Positions 19,901 to 27,699 of a stretch of DNA of 49,307 nucleotides are shown here, one piece after another. Made by a program: the position numbers and the translations under genes. The DNA is from an uncultured Clostridia bacterium (GTDB lineage: Bacteria > Bacillota > Clostridia > Christensenellales > Borkfalkiaceae). A model generated the notes under the pieces. The model saw only the letters and a program-made list of their open reading frames with translations, ran no database searches and was not told where the DNA came from. Each line of letters begins with the position of its first letter. Position 1 is the first letter of the stretch. The stretch spans positions 1,233 through 50,539 of the forward strand of contig CAZTND010000004.1 of NCBI GenBank assembly GCA_964615285.1, written 5' to 3'.

Positions 19901-21122
19901 GCAGGATAAATTCGAGATCGTCTCCGTGGCGAAGAAATTCGCCGACCTGGGCTGCAACATCTACGCCACCAAGGGCACCGCAGCGGTCATCTCCAAGCTC
20001 GGCATCCAGGTCTCGGTCGTGGACAGGCTGTCCGCCACCGACACGGTCATCAAGCTGATGGACGAGGACAAGATCGACTACATCATCTATACGGGCAAGA
20101 CGGACATGGAGTCCATCAATGACTACATCCGCCTGCACCACCACGCCATTCTGCTCGGCATCACGGTTTTGACCTCGCTCGACACGGCGAACGCCCTCGG
20201 GGACATCATCGCCAGCAAATTCACCGAGGACAATACCGAGCTGGTGGACATCAACCACCTGCGCAAGGAAAAACTGCAGCTTGAATTCACCAAGATGCAG
20301 GCGTGCGGCAACGACTATATCTACTTCAACAACTTCGACGGCAAGATCACCTGTCCCGAATCGCTCGCCATCAACTTTGTCAGCCGCCACTACGGCATCG
20401 GCGGCGACGGCATCGTGCTCATCGAAAAGTCCGACGTCGCGGACGCGAAAATGAGCATCTACAACCGCGACGGTTCGGCGGGCGGCGTCGGCGGCAACTC
20501 CATCCGCTGCGTCGGAAAATACCTCCTGGAAAAGGGCATCGCCAAGGACAAGGATGTCGTGCGCATCGAGACCGAACACGGCGTGAACGAAGTCAGGCTC
20601 TATTCCATCAACGGCAAAGTGCGTTCGGCGAGCGTCAACCTCGGCGAAGTGCGGCTCAGGGGCGCGGAAATTCCCTGCGTTTGGAAGGATGAGGAGAAGA
20701 TCGTCGGCAAGGAGATCGAGATCGGCGGGCAGAAGTACGCCGCGACCCTCGTCAACATCGGCAACCCGCACTGCGTGGTGTTCTGCGACAAGGTGGACGA
20801 CGTGGACATCGAAACGGTCGGCCCGCTCTTTGAGCACAGCGAATACTTCCCCAACCGCATCAACACCGAGTTCATCCGCGTGGTCAACCCGGTCACCATC
20901 AAGATGCGCGTCTGGGAGCGCGGCAACGGCGAAACGTGGGCTTGCGGCACGGGCGCGGCGGCGGCCGTCGTGGCATGCGTGCTGAACGGCTGTTGCCGGA
21001 GGGACACCAGCATCACGGTCAAACTGCGCGGCGGCGACCTCACCGTCAACTACAAATCGGACAACACCGTCGAGCTGATGGGGTCCGTCAAGACGACCTT
21101 TGAAGGCAAGATCGAATTTTAA
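16965..21122 (+). CDS. carB: carbamoyl-phosphate synthase large subunit fused in frame to a C-terminal DapF-like (diaminopimelate epimerase fold) domain
   Basis: 1385 aa. Residues 1 to ~1105 are a full CarB (two ATP-grasp halves and an MGS-like end). Residues ~1106-1385 (nt 20280-21119) carry FTKMQACGNDY, GNPHCV and ERGNGETWACGTG. There is no stop codon between the two parts. Confidence 0.9.
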   Translation: MPKRSDIKKVLVIGSGPIVIGQAAEFDYAGAQACRVLKSEGINVVLCNSNPATIMTDSALADEIYLEPLTEETLKRIIIKERPDSLLASLGGQTGLTMGCKLAKSGFLAEHGVKLIGTRLDAIDRSEDRELFKETMEKIRQPVVPSDIAYTVDECVAVANKLGYPVIVRPAYTLGGAGGGVAHDEEELRLISHNGLMLSPITQVLIEKYIGGWKEIEFEVLRDGAGNVLTVCSMENFDPVGIHTGDSIVIAPAVTLADKEYQMLRSASLAIITELGIEGGCNCQFALNPDSFEYSVIEVNPRVSRSSALASKATGYPIAKVATKIALGYNLDEIKNDVTGKTYACFEPALDYVVVKLPKWPFDKFLYARRELGTRMKATGEVMAIGSTFEQAIMKAVRGAEISMTTLNHKKFMPLPTEEIVQKLHEKTDERLFVVYEAIKRGVSLDEIFDITKIDRWFLSKLRNLARYEYKLKTVREYAENLSEEEMDDPDLSVLIDGEEYPVKDIRRGVLSRRLYEEGKRYSYLDKDIEALSGQKIPYHKRAAFKMVDTCAAEFSAQTPYFYSTYDEDDEAKPFVAKSRKKRVIVIGSGPIRIGQGIEFDYSSVHCVWTLKELGYEVIIINNNPETVSTDFDTADRLYFEPLTAEDVQHVIDVEKPYGVIITFGGQTAINLCAYFQSHGIRILGTPADSVDIAEDRERFDVLLEKYGIPRPKGITVMTKEEAFRAADELEYPILLRPSYVIGGQNMTIAFTPDDVNRYMDVILAQGIENPVLCDKYLMGSELEVDAICDGTDVLIPGIMQHIERTGVHSGDSIAVYPPYNLDDAMLRQIIEVSTQLALELKTKGLINIQYLIYRNRLYVIEVNPRASRTVPYISKVTGVPMVELSTKIIAGAKLKKLGYGTGLYPDSPYVAVKVPVFSFEKLNDVNSQLGPQMKSTGEVLGIGKTMEEALFKGLVSAGFKMCHPTKKKPVGVYITVNEQDKFEIVSVAKKFADLGCNIYATKGTAAVISKLGIQVSVVDRLSATDTVIKLMDEDKIDYIIYTGKTDMESINDYIRLHHHAILLGITVLTSLDTANALGDIIASKFTEDNTELVDINHLRKEKLQLEFTKMQACGNDYIYFNNFDGKITCPESLAINFVSRHYGIGGDGIVLIEKSDVADAKMSIYNRDGSAGGVGGNSIRCVGKYLLEKGIAKDKDVVRIETEHGVNEVRLYSINGKVRSASVNLGEVRLRGAEIPCVWKDEEKIVGKEIEIGGQKYAATLVNIGNPHCVVFCDKVDDVDIETVGPLFEHSEYFPNRINTEFIRVVNPVTIKMRVWERGNGETWACGTGAAAAVVACVLNGCCRRDTSITVKLRGGDLTVNYKSDNTVELMGSVKTTFEGKIEF

Positions 21123-21134
21123 GTTTTTGGTTCT

Positions 21135-22271
21135 ATGATATATTTCGATAATGCGGCGACCACCCGTCCGAACGGACGGGCGGTCAAACGCGCTATGAGC
21201 TGGATAGAGGAACGCTGGTTCAACCCTTCGGCGCTCTACCGTGAGGGGCTGGAAGTGCACGGCGACCTCAAAGAGGCGCGCGCGTTTTTCATTTCCCGCG
21301 TCGCTTCTCCCGCCGAGGCGTCCTTCGTCTTTACCGCCTGCGGCAGCGAGGCGGACAATCAGGCGCTCTTCTCCTTTGCAAAGCGGGGCAATCTCGTCAT
21401 CACGGGCGGCGAGCACGCGGCGGTCTTTGCCGCGGCGAACGAGCTGAAAAACCGCGGCGTCGAACTGCGCGTCGCGCCCCTGAACGGGGACGGCGGCGTG
21501 AACGGAGAGGCGCTCCTGTCCCTGGTGGACGAAAAGACGAGCCTCGTCTCCGTCATCCACGTCAACAACGAAACGGGCGCCGTCAACGACGTCAACGCCC
21601 TCGCGGCGGCGGTCAAAAAGAAAAACCCGCGCGTTATATTTCACAGCGACGGCGTGCAGGCGTTCGGCAAAATTCCCTACAAGATGGGGGCCGCAGTCGA
21701 TCTGTATTCGGTTTCCGCCCATAAAATCGGCGGGCTGAAGGGGGTCGGCGGGCTGTTCGTGCGCAAAAAAGCTTATGCCGCCCTGCGCCCGCACGTCTAC
21801 GGCGGCGGACAGGAGGACGGCAAGCGGAGCGGCACGGAAAACACCTTCGGCATCATGCAGTTCCGCTTTGCGGCGGAGGATAAATTCTCGGCGTTGGCGG
21901 AAGATCTTTCGCGCGTGCGCGGCTACCGCGAAACGCTTTGGGACGGGCTGGACAAAGATATTTTCACCCGCATTTCGCCCGCGGACGGCTCGCCATACAT
22001 TCTCACCGTATCGGCGGCGGGACTGCGCGGCGAAACGCTGCTGCACCTGCTGGACGATCGCGGTCTTATCGTCGGCACGGGTTCCGCCTGTTCTTCCAAT
22101 GCCAAAAAGCGGTATTCCCGCGTCATTCTCGCGTGCGGCAGGAGCGAGGCGGAGGCGGACGGCGTGCTGCGGCTGAGCTTTTCGTCCGAAACGACGCAAG
22201 AGGAGATAACGGCGGCGACGGACATTCTGAACGGCTGCGCCGCCGAACTCAAAAAAAGGATGGATCTCTGA
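21135..22271 (+). CDS. cysteine desulfurase (NifS/IscS family), thiI-associated
   Basis: 378 aa. Contains IYFDNAATT, the PLP lysine in SVSAHKIGG and the catalytic Cys in GTGSACSS. Confidence 0.9.
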   Translation: MIYFDNAATTRPNGRAVKRAMSWIEERWFNPSALYREGLEVHGDLKEARAFFISRVASPAEASFVFTACGSEADNQALFSFAKRGNLVITGGEHAAVFAAANELKNRGVELRVAPLNGDGGVNGEALLSLVDEKTSLVSVIHVNNETGAVNDVNALAAAVKKKNPRVIFHSDGVQAFGKIPYKMGAAVDLYSVSAHKIGGLKGVGGLFVRKKAYAALRPHVYGGGQEDGKRSGTENTFGIMQFRFAAEDKFSALAEDLSRVRGYRETLWDGLDKDIFTRISPADGSPYILTVSAAGLRGETLLHLLDDRGLIVGTGSACSSNAKKRYSRVILACGRSEAEADGVLRLSFSSETTQEEITAATDILNGCAAELKKRMDL

Positions 22272-23431
22272 TGGAAAACAAATCGGTCATCATCATCCGT
22301 TATGCCGAGATCTATCTCAAAAAGAAGAACCGCGGCTATTTCGAACGGATATTCAGGAACAACATAGAGTCGGCGCTCCAAGGTATTCCGCACAGACTCA
22401 CGACGGCGGCGGGGCGGTATTACCTCGAAGATTTCGCCGAAGAGGACATCGAAGAGTTGCTTTCCCGCCTGAAAAAGGTATTTGGCATCCACACAATGAG
22501 CGTGGGCAGGCGGGTCAGAAGCGACATGGACGAAATTTTCCGCGCCGCGCTCTCCGTCTGCCGCGGAAGCGGCTCCTTCAAGGTGGAAACACACCGCGCC
22601 GACAAGGCTTTTCCGCTCAATTCCATGGAAGTTTCCCGCGAGATCGGCGGCAGACTGCTCTCCGTGCGGAAAGATCTGACGGTGGACGTGCACGAGCCGG
22701 ACTTTTACGTCTATCTCGACCTGCGCGAGGACGGCACGACGCTCGTCTTTTCGGAATTTTTCGACGGTGCGGGCGGCATGCCCGTCGGTTCGGCGGGCAA
22801 GGGGCTCTTGATGCTCTCGGGCGGCATCGATTCGCCCGTGGCGGGCTATATGATGGCAAAGCGCGGCATGCACGTCCATTGCCTGCACTTCCATTCCTAT
22901 CCGTATACCAACATGCAGGCAAAGGAGAAGGTGGAGGAGCTTGCCAGGATCCTGTCGCCGTACACCTGCGGCACGCGGCTCTACTGCGTGTCCGTCACGC
23001 ACATCCAGGAGGAGATCCACCGCAAGTGCGCCGAGGAACTGATGGTCACGCTGCTGCGCCGTTTTATGTTCCGCATTGCCGAGATCGTTGCGTCGCGGCA
23101 TGGCATCCAGTGCCTCATCACGGGCGAGAGCCTCGGGCAGGTCGCCTCGCAGACCATCGAGGGCATGACCTCCTCCAATTCGGTCGTCAAAAAACTGCCC
23201 GTTCTGCGCCCGCTCGTGGGCTTCGACAAGAACGAGATCATCGAGCGTTCCCGCGCGATGGACGCCTATGACGTGTCCATTCAGCCCTTCGAGGACTGTT
23301 GCACGGTGTTTTTGCCTCGCCACCCCGCCATTCGCCCCAAATTGGACTATATCGAGGCGGAGGAGGCGAAACTCGACGTTTACGGGCTCATCGAAGAAGC
23401 GTTGAAAACGGTCGAAAAAATCGATTTTTAA
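22271..23431 (+). CDS. thiI: tRNA 4-thiouridine synthase ThiI (no rhodanese domain)
   Basis: Starts at MENKSVIIIRYAEIYLKKKN, overlapping the upstream stop (TGATG). THUMP N-terminus and the PP-loop SGGIDSPVA. Confidence 0.9.
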   Translation: MENKSVIIIRYAEIYLKKKNRGYFERIFRNNIESALQGIPHRLTTAAGRYYLEDFAEEDIEELLSRLKKVFGIHTMSVGRRVRSDMDEIFRAALSVCRGSGSFKVETHRADKAFPLNSMEVSREIGGRLLSVRKDLTVDVHEPDFYVYLDLREDGTTLVFSEFFDGAGGMPVGSAGKGLLMLSGGIDSPVAGYMMAKRGMHVHCLHFHSYPYTNMQAKEKVEELARILSPYTCGTRLYCVSVTHIQEEIHRKCAEELMVTLLRRFMFRIAEIVASRHGIQCLITGESLGQVASQTIEGMTSSNSVVKKLPVLRPLVGFDKNEIIERSRAMDAYDVSIQPFEDCCTVFLPRHPAIRPKLDYIEAEEAKLDVYGLIEEALKTVEKIDF

Positions 23432-23453
23432 GGAAAAGCGGGAGAGGGAAAGG

Positions 23454-23681
23454 ATGATCGTCTATCGTTCGCCGTTCTCCAAGGCGGAAATTTTGCGCAC
23501 CCTGCCGCAGGCGGCAAAGTGTTTTCCGGAACGGGAATTCTTATACCGGGAGTTTTCGGACGGCAGTTCTTTGAAATCCGTGCATAAAATAATATTTGAC
23601 TTTATATCTGCGTCATACAGAGAACTCATCTTGCGGGATGAGTTCTCTGTGCTTTTATCCAAAAAATTGTTTCAAAAATAA
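23454..23681 (+). CDS. hypothetical small protein (75 aa), doubtful
   Basis: Purine-rich RBS (GGGAGAGGGAAAGG) lies before the ATG. The first half uses GC3-rich codons like its neighbours. The second half is AT-rich and contains the thiI terminator hairpin. I recognise no family. Confidence 0.3.
   Translation: MIVYRSPFSKAEILRTLPQAAKCFPEREFLYREFSDGSSLKSVHKIIFDFISASYRELILRDEFSVLLSKKLFQK
23618..23660 (+). terminator. rho-independent terminator of the desulfurase-thiI operon
   Basis: Perfect 13-bp stem CAGAGAACTCATC / GATGAGTTCTCTG with loop ttgcgg, followed by tgcTTTTATCC. Confidence 0.75.
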
Positions 23682-23748
23682 GTCGCTCAAACTGCGATGA
23701 GGCAGAATGGAATTTTTCAAAAAGAGAAACGGAAGGGGCTTATTTCGG

Positions 23749-26226
23749 CTAAGGAGAGAGGCGCAGCGGGAATGGCTTTCGCCGAAAGGGAAAAAATATT
23801 CGCAGCCAATCGATGAAGATGGCTTGTCGGTGGATATCCTTTTTTTCGTTACGTCCGCTTTCCAGAATATATGTGTCTGAAAGGGCAGGGACGTTTGTTC
23901 GGGCGGCACGGGCGGTCGTGCTGCATTGTTTCGGCATCCGCCACCATTCTCGGGGGATATACCCGCCTTTATCCTCGTTTTCCTGGTATTCTGTCAGACA
24001 TAATATATTGATCATATCGCTTTTTATCTCGTTTTCAGTCGCATTTTCCGTCTTTGTGCTTCCGGCAAAGCGCACTTTCGGTAAAAGAATAGTCTTTCCG
24101 ACAAATTCGTTGTAGTAGGGGGTGACGGAATAAGTGTATGTCTTTCCGGGTTGGACATCCGTATCTGTGAATCGATCGAGGCATTTCCCTTGATAGACCG
24201 TCCGAAATCCGTATTCATCCTCTCTGTTTATAATTATTGCATAGTAATCTGTTTGACATAATTCTATGCAAATTCCGTCAGATGCCGTCGAGATGCCGAT
24301 ATTTGACAGGGCCGGACGGGAGAAAAACGTGGACTGTTCCCGCGGGCGGCTGCTTTTTTTGAAGAGGTCGTGCACCGTCTTTTCCTGTACGGGGGCGTTG
24401 GGGTCGCAGAGCACGAGCCTGTGATTTTTTTCATATTCCGTCTTGTCCAAGGTATATTCGCAGACCTCGGGGGATCTTTGCAGGGCGGGGGGCGGCGCTT
24501 CCGCGTACAGTTTTTCCAGGATTTTTGCGTTGATGTTGGCGGGCAGCCCGCCGCCCGTTATCTTTTCCATGGACGTATTGTCCGCGTTCCCCAGCCATAC
24601 GCCCACGGTGTCGCCGGCGGTATACGAGATGCAGTAGGCGTCGGTGTTGCCCGTGTCAGTGCCGCCCGTCCCCGTCTTGGCGCACAATTCGTATCCGGCG
24701 GAAACGCTTTTGAGTTTTCTCGCCGTGCCGTCCTGCACGGCGTCCGAAAGCATGTCGTTCAGCAGGGTCACGCTGTCCTCGCCAAAGACCCGCCGTTCGC
24801 TTGTTGCCCGTTCGTATATCGTGTTGCCGTTGGCGTCCGTGATTTTGCGGACGAACGCGGCGGGGGCATACAGCCCGCCGTTTGCAAAGGTCGTGTAGGC
24901 GGCCGCGATGTCCTGCAGCGGGTATCCCTTTTTCATGCCGCCGAGCGCCAGGGCAAGGGAACGGTCGTCCTTTTCCACGGGCAGTCCCATTTTTTCGAGG
25001 TATGCGGCGGCTTTTTTCACGCCCAGGGCGTTCAGGATCTTGACGGCGGGCACGTTGTAGCTCTTGGCAAGCGCTTCCCGCGCGCTCACATAGCCGTGGT
25101 ATTCCCCGTCGAAATTGCGGGGGGCGTAGCCCGAAAAGTCCGTCTTTTCGTCTAAAACGGGGGTGGCGGGCGCGATCAGATTCTCTTCGAGCGCGGGGGC
25201 GTAGACCAGGAGGGGCTTGATGGCGGAAGCGGGCAGCCGCGGTGCGCTGCCGATGGTCGAATAAAACGCCTTCACTCCCCGTTCGGCGTTGCCGATGACG
25301 CAGAAACTTTTGTCCGTTTCGCTCATGGAGGACAACTCTTCCAGCTTCTTTTGCAGTCCGCCGTCCAGGTAGGTGTAAATTTTCAGCCCGCCATAGGCAT
25401 TTTCCCCGATGTATTCCTCTGCTTCGGAAAATACGCCGCTCAAGTAGCTTTCGGCAAATCCCCGGCGGCTGTGTCCCTCTGCGGGCAGCTCTTCCGCCGC
25501 GGCTTCCCGCCGCTCTTCTGCGTCGATGTATCCCTCCTTTTCCATGACGTTCAGAATAAAATTCCGCCGCGCCAGGCAGTTTTCGGGATTTTTGAAGGGG
25601 GAATAATTATTGGGGGATTTTACCATTCCCGCCAGCGTCGCCGACTGTGCGACGGTCATTTCTTCGGGGGCGCAGCCGAAGTAAAAGCGCGCCGCGCTTT
25701 CCAGCCCGTAGCAGTTGTGCCCGAAATAGATGGTGTTCAGGTACATCTCCAGGATCTCTTCTTTGGAATACCGTTTTTCCAGCTGTCGGGTGAGCTTGAT
25801 CTCCTTGAGTTTTCGGTCGATGGTCTTTTCGGGGGAGAGCTGCGTATTTTTGACGAGCTGCTGGGAGATGGTGGAGGCGCCCTCCTTGAAGGAAAGGGTG
25901 GTCACGTTGCGCCAGAGCGCTTTGGCCATGCGCCTGTAATCCAGCCCCTTGTGCGAAAAGAAGCGCTTGTCCTCCGCCGCAAGAAAGGCGTCTACGGTGT
26001 ATGCGGGCAGCGCGTCGTATTCCGTGCCGTTTTCGCCCGAAGCGGAACATTCGGCGATCAGCCCGCCCGCCCCGTCGTAGACGGAGACGTTGTTTTTGAC
26101 GGGATGCAGGGCGGAGGGGTTGAGGGAGGCGGAAGCGGTCGCCGGCAGGTAATATATCATGCACCCGACCGCCGCGACAAAGAGGGCGGCGAGGGTGACC
26201 AACACTATTTTTTTCACGATCCTCAT
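23749..26226 (-). CDS. class A penicillin-binding protein (glycosyltransferase + transpeptidase) with Fn3-like C-terminal domain and an atypical tail
   Basis: 825 aa. Signal-anchor helix at the N-terminus. GT51 motifs EDKRFFSH.G and GASTISQQ. Transpeptidase motifs SAIKP and KTGT. PGKTYTYSVTPY Fn3-like segment. The last ~103 aa are W/R/C-rich and unlike any domain I recognise. Confidence 0.85.
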   Translation of the reverse strand: MRIVKKIVLVTLAALFVAAVGCMIYYLPATASASLNPSALHPVKNNVSVYDGAGGLIAECSASGENGTEYDALPAYTVDAFLAAEDKRFFSHKGLDYRRMAKALWRNVTTLSFKEGASTISQQLVKNTQLSPEKTIDRKLKEIKLTRQLEKRYSKEEILEMYLNTIYFGHNCYGLESAARFYFGCAPEEMTVAQSATLAGMVKSPNNYSPFKNPENCLARRNFILNVMEKEGYIDAEERREAAAEELPAEGHSRRGFAESYLSGVFSEAEEYIGENAYGGLKIYTYLDGGLQKKLEELSSMSETDKSFCVIGNAERGVKAFYSTIGSAPRLPASAIKPLLVYAPALEENLIAPATPVLDEKTDFSGYAPRNFDGEYHGYVSAREALAKSYNVPAVKILNALGVKKAAAYLEKMGLPVEKDDRSLALALGGMKKGYPLQDIAAAYTTFANGGLYAPAAFVRKITDANGNTIYERATSERRVFGEDSVTLLNDMLSDAVQDGTARKLKSVSAGYELCAKTGTGGTDTGNTDAYCISYTAGDTVGVWLGNADNTSMEKITGGGLPANINAKILEKLYAEAPPPALQRSPEVCEYTLDKTEYEKNHRLVLCDPNAPVQEKTVHDLFKKSSRPREQSTFFSRPALSNIGISTASDGICIELCQTDYYAIIINREDEYGFRTVYQGKCLDRFTDTDVQPGKTYTYSVTPYYNEFVGKTILLPKVRFAGSTKTENATENEIKSDMINILCLTEYQENEDKGGYIPREWWRMPKQCSTTARAARTNVPALSDTYILESGRNEKKDIHRQAIFIDWLRIFFPFRRKPFPLRLSP
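23986..24006. repeat. 21-bp palindrome copy D (GTATTCTGTCAGACATAATAT)
   Basis: 19/21 match to the ideal palindrome. Lies inside the 3' tail of the PBP ORF. Confidence 0.7.
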
Positions 26227-26268
26227 ATTGACAGTATCTTCTTTTTTAGTAATTTTATTATTAAACGG

Positions 26269-26297
26269 TTGCTAAAAATGTAAAAAAATGTTAGAAT
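26269..26297 (+). promoter_or_regulatory. candidate promoter of miaB
   Basis: TTGCTA-17 nt-TAGAAT, about 30 nt upstream of ATG 26328. Confidence 0.4.
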
Positions 26298-26327
26298 AAC
26301 ATCAAAATATTCGACGACGGGACTTGC

Positions 26328-27665
26328 ATGAACGGAGAAAGCGTAAAAAAATATTACATCGTAACATACGGCTGTCAGATGAACCTGCACGAATCGGAAA
26401 AGATGGCGGGCATCCTGCGCCGCAAAGGGTACGTCGCCGCGCAGGACAAGAGCGAGGCGGACGTTATTCTTTTCAACACCTGCTGCATCCGCGAGAACGC
26501 CGAAAATCACGCCTTCGGCAATATCGGGGAACTCAAAAAGCTCAAGCGGCAGCACCCCGACCTCATCATCGCCGTGGGCGGCTGCATGACGCAGGAACAG
26601 GGCAAGGCGGAACTTCTGAAAAAGCGCTTTCCCTTTGTGGACATCGTGTTCGGCAACCTCAATTTGGAGGAGCTCGGCGACCTCATCGAGGAGCGCCGCC
26701 GGCGCAAAAAGAAGATCGTCTCCCTCCGCGGCGAGGCGGGGCCGGTGATCGAGTACGATCCGCCTTTCAGGAACAGCTATCCGAACGCCTGGGTCAACAT
26801 CATGTACGGCTGCAACAACTTCTGCAGTTACTGCATCGTGCCCTACGTCCGCGGGCGGGAGCGGTCGAGAAAGCCCGAAAATATTCTGGAAGAATGCCGT
26901 TCCCTCGTGAAGGAGGGGTACCGCGAGATCACCCTGCTGGGGCAGAACGTCAACTCCTACGGCAGCGACGGCGCGACGGACATGCGCTTCCCCGAACTGC
27001 TCGAAAGAGTGGCGCAGATCGAGGGAGATTTCCGCGTGCGTTTCATGACTTCGCACCCCAAGGATTTCACGGAGGAGCTCGTGGACGTCATCGCGCGCAA
27101 CCGCAGGATCTGCCATCTCGTCCACCTGCCCGTGCAGAGCGGCAGCGACCGCATCCTGCACGCCATGAACCGCCGCTACACGGCGGGGCAGTATCTGGAA
27201 AAGGTACAGATGCTCAAAGCGCGCATTCCCGACGCCGAACTGACGTCGGACATCATCGTGGGCTTTCCCGGGGAGACGGAGGAGGACTTCGAAGCCACGG
27301 TAAAACTGGTGCGGGAAGTGGGGTTTGCCTCGGCGTTCACCTTTGTCTATTCCCCCCGCACGGGGACGAAGGCGGCTTCGATGCCCGATCCGGTCCCCGA
27401 GGACGTGCAGAAGCGGCGCATCATGCAGCTCATCGAGGTCGTCAATGGGTTGACGCGGGAAAAGAGCGCAAGGTACGTCGGGCGGGAAACGGAGATCCTT
27501 TGCGAGGACTTCGACCCCAAGCGGAATTTGTACTTCGGCCGCGACGAGTACGGCAGGATGGGGTATTTCCCGTCCGAAAAGAATGAGATCGGCAAATTCG
27601 TGACGCTGAAAATAGAGAGCGCGAACGGCGTATCCCTCTTCGGGACGGCGGTGCGGGCGCGCTGA
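26328..27665 (+). CDS. miaB: tRNA-2-methylthio-N6-dimethylallyladenosine synthase (radical SAM methylthiotransferase)
   Basis: 445 aa. Contains the UPF0004 N-domain YGCQMN, the radical SAM motif CNNFCSYC and a TRAM C-terminus. Confidence 0.9.
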   Translation: MNGESVKKYYIVTYGCQMNLHESEKMAGILRRKGYVAAQDKSEADVILFNTCCIRENAENHAFGNIGELKKLKRQHPDLIIAVGGCMTQEQGKAELLKKRFPFVDIVFGNLNLEELGDLIEERRRRKKKIVSLRGEAGPVIEYDPPFRNSYPNAWVNIMYGCNNFCSYCIVPYVRGRERSRKPENILEECRSLVKEGYREITLLGQNVNSYGSDGATDMRFPELLERVAQIEGDFRVRFMTSHPKDFTEELVDVIARNRRICHLVHLPVQSGSDRILHAMNRRYTAGQYLEKVQMLKARIPDAELTSDIIVGFPGETEEDFEATVKLVREVGFASAFTFVYSPRTGTKAASMPDPVPEDVQKRRIMQLIEVVNGLTREKSARYVGRETEILCEDFDPKRNLYFGRDEYGRMGYFPSEKNEIGKFVTLKIESANGVSLFGTAVRAR

Positions 27666-27699
27666 AGGACAGAGGATAAAGACAAAGAAGGGGAAACGT

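Noticed and set aside
16965-20279. Extra length of CarB as a possible intein or internal insertion.
   Set aside because: The CarB part is collinear and of normal length apart from a slightly longer oligomerisation linker. The excess is entirely the C-terminal DapF-like domain, and there are no intein splice motifs.
23813-24115. 100-aa plus-strand ORF and 84-aa minus-strand ORF (23655-23909) in the AT-rich region downstream of thiI.
   Set aside because: Neither has an RBS or a recognisable motif. Both overlap the PBP reading frame or the terminator, and their composition is typical of non-coding translation.
24244-24264. Fifth palindrome copy (16/21 match).
   Set aside because: It is not called as a feature. 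With five mismatches, a rough binomial estimate gives about 0.1 chance hits per window, and it lies in well-behaved Fn3-domain coding sequence. It is mentioned only within a finding.
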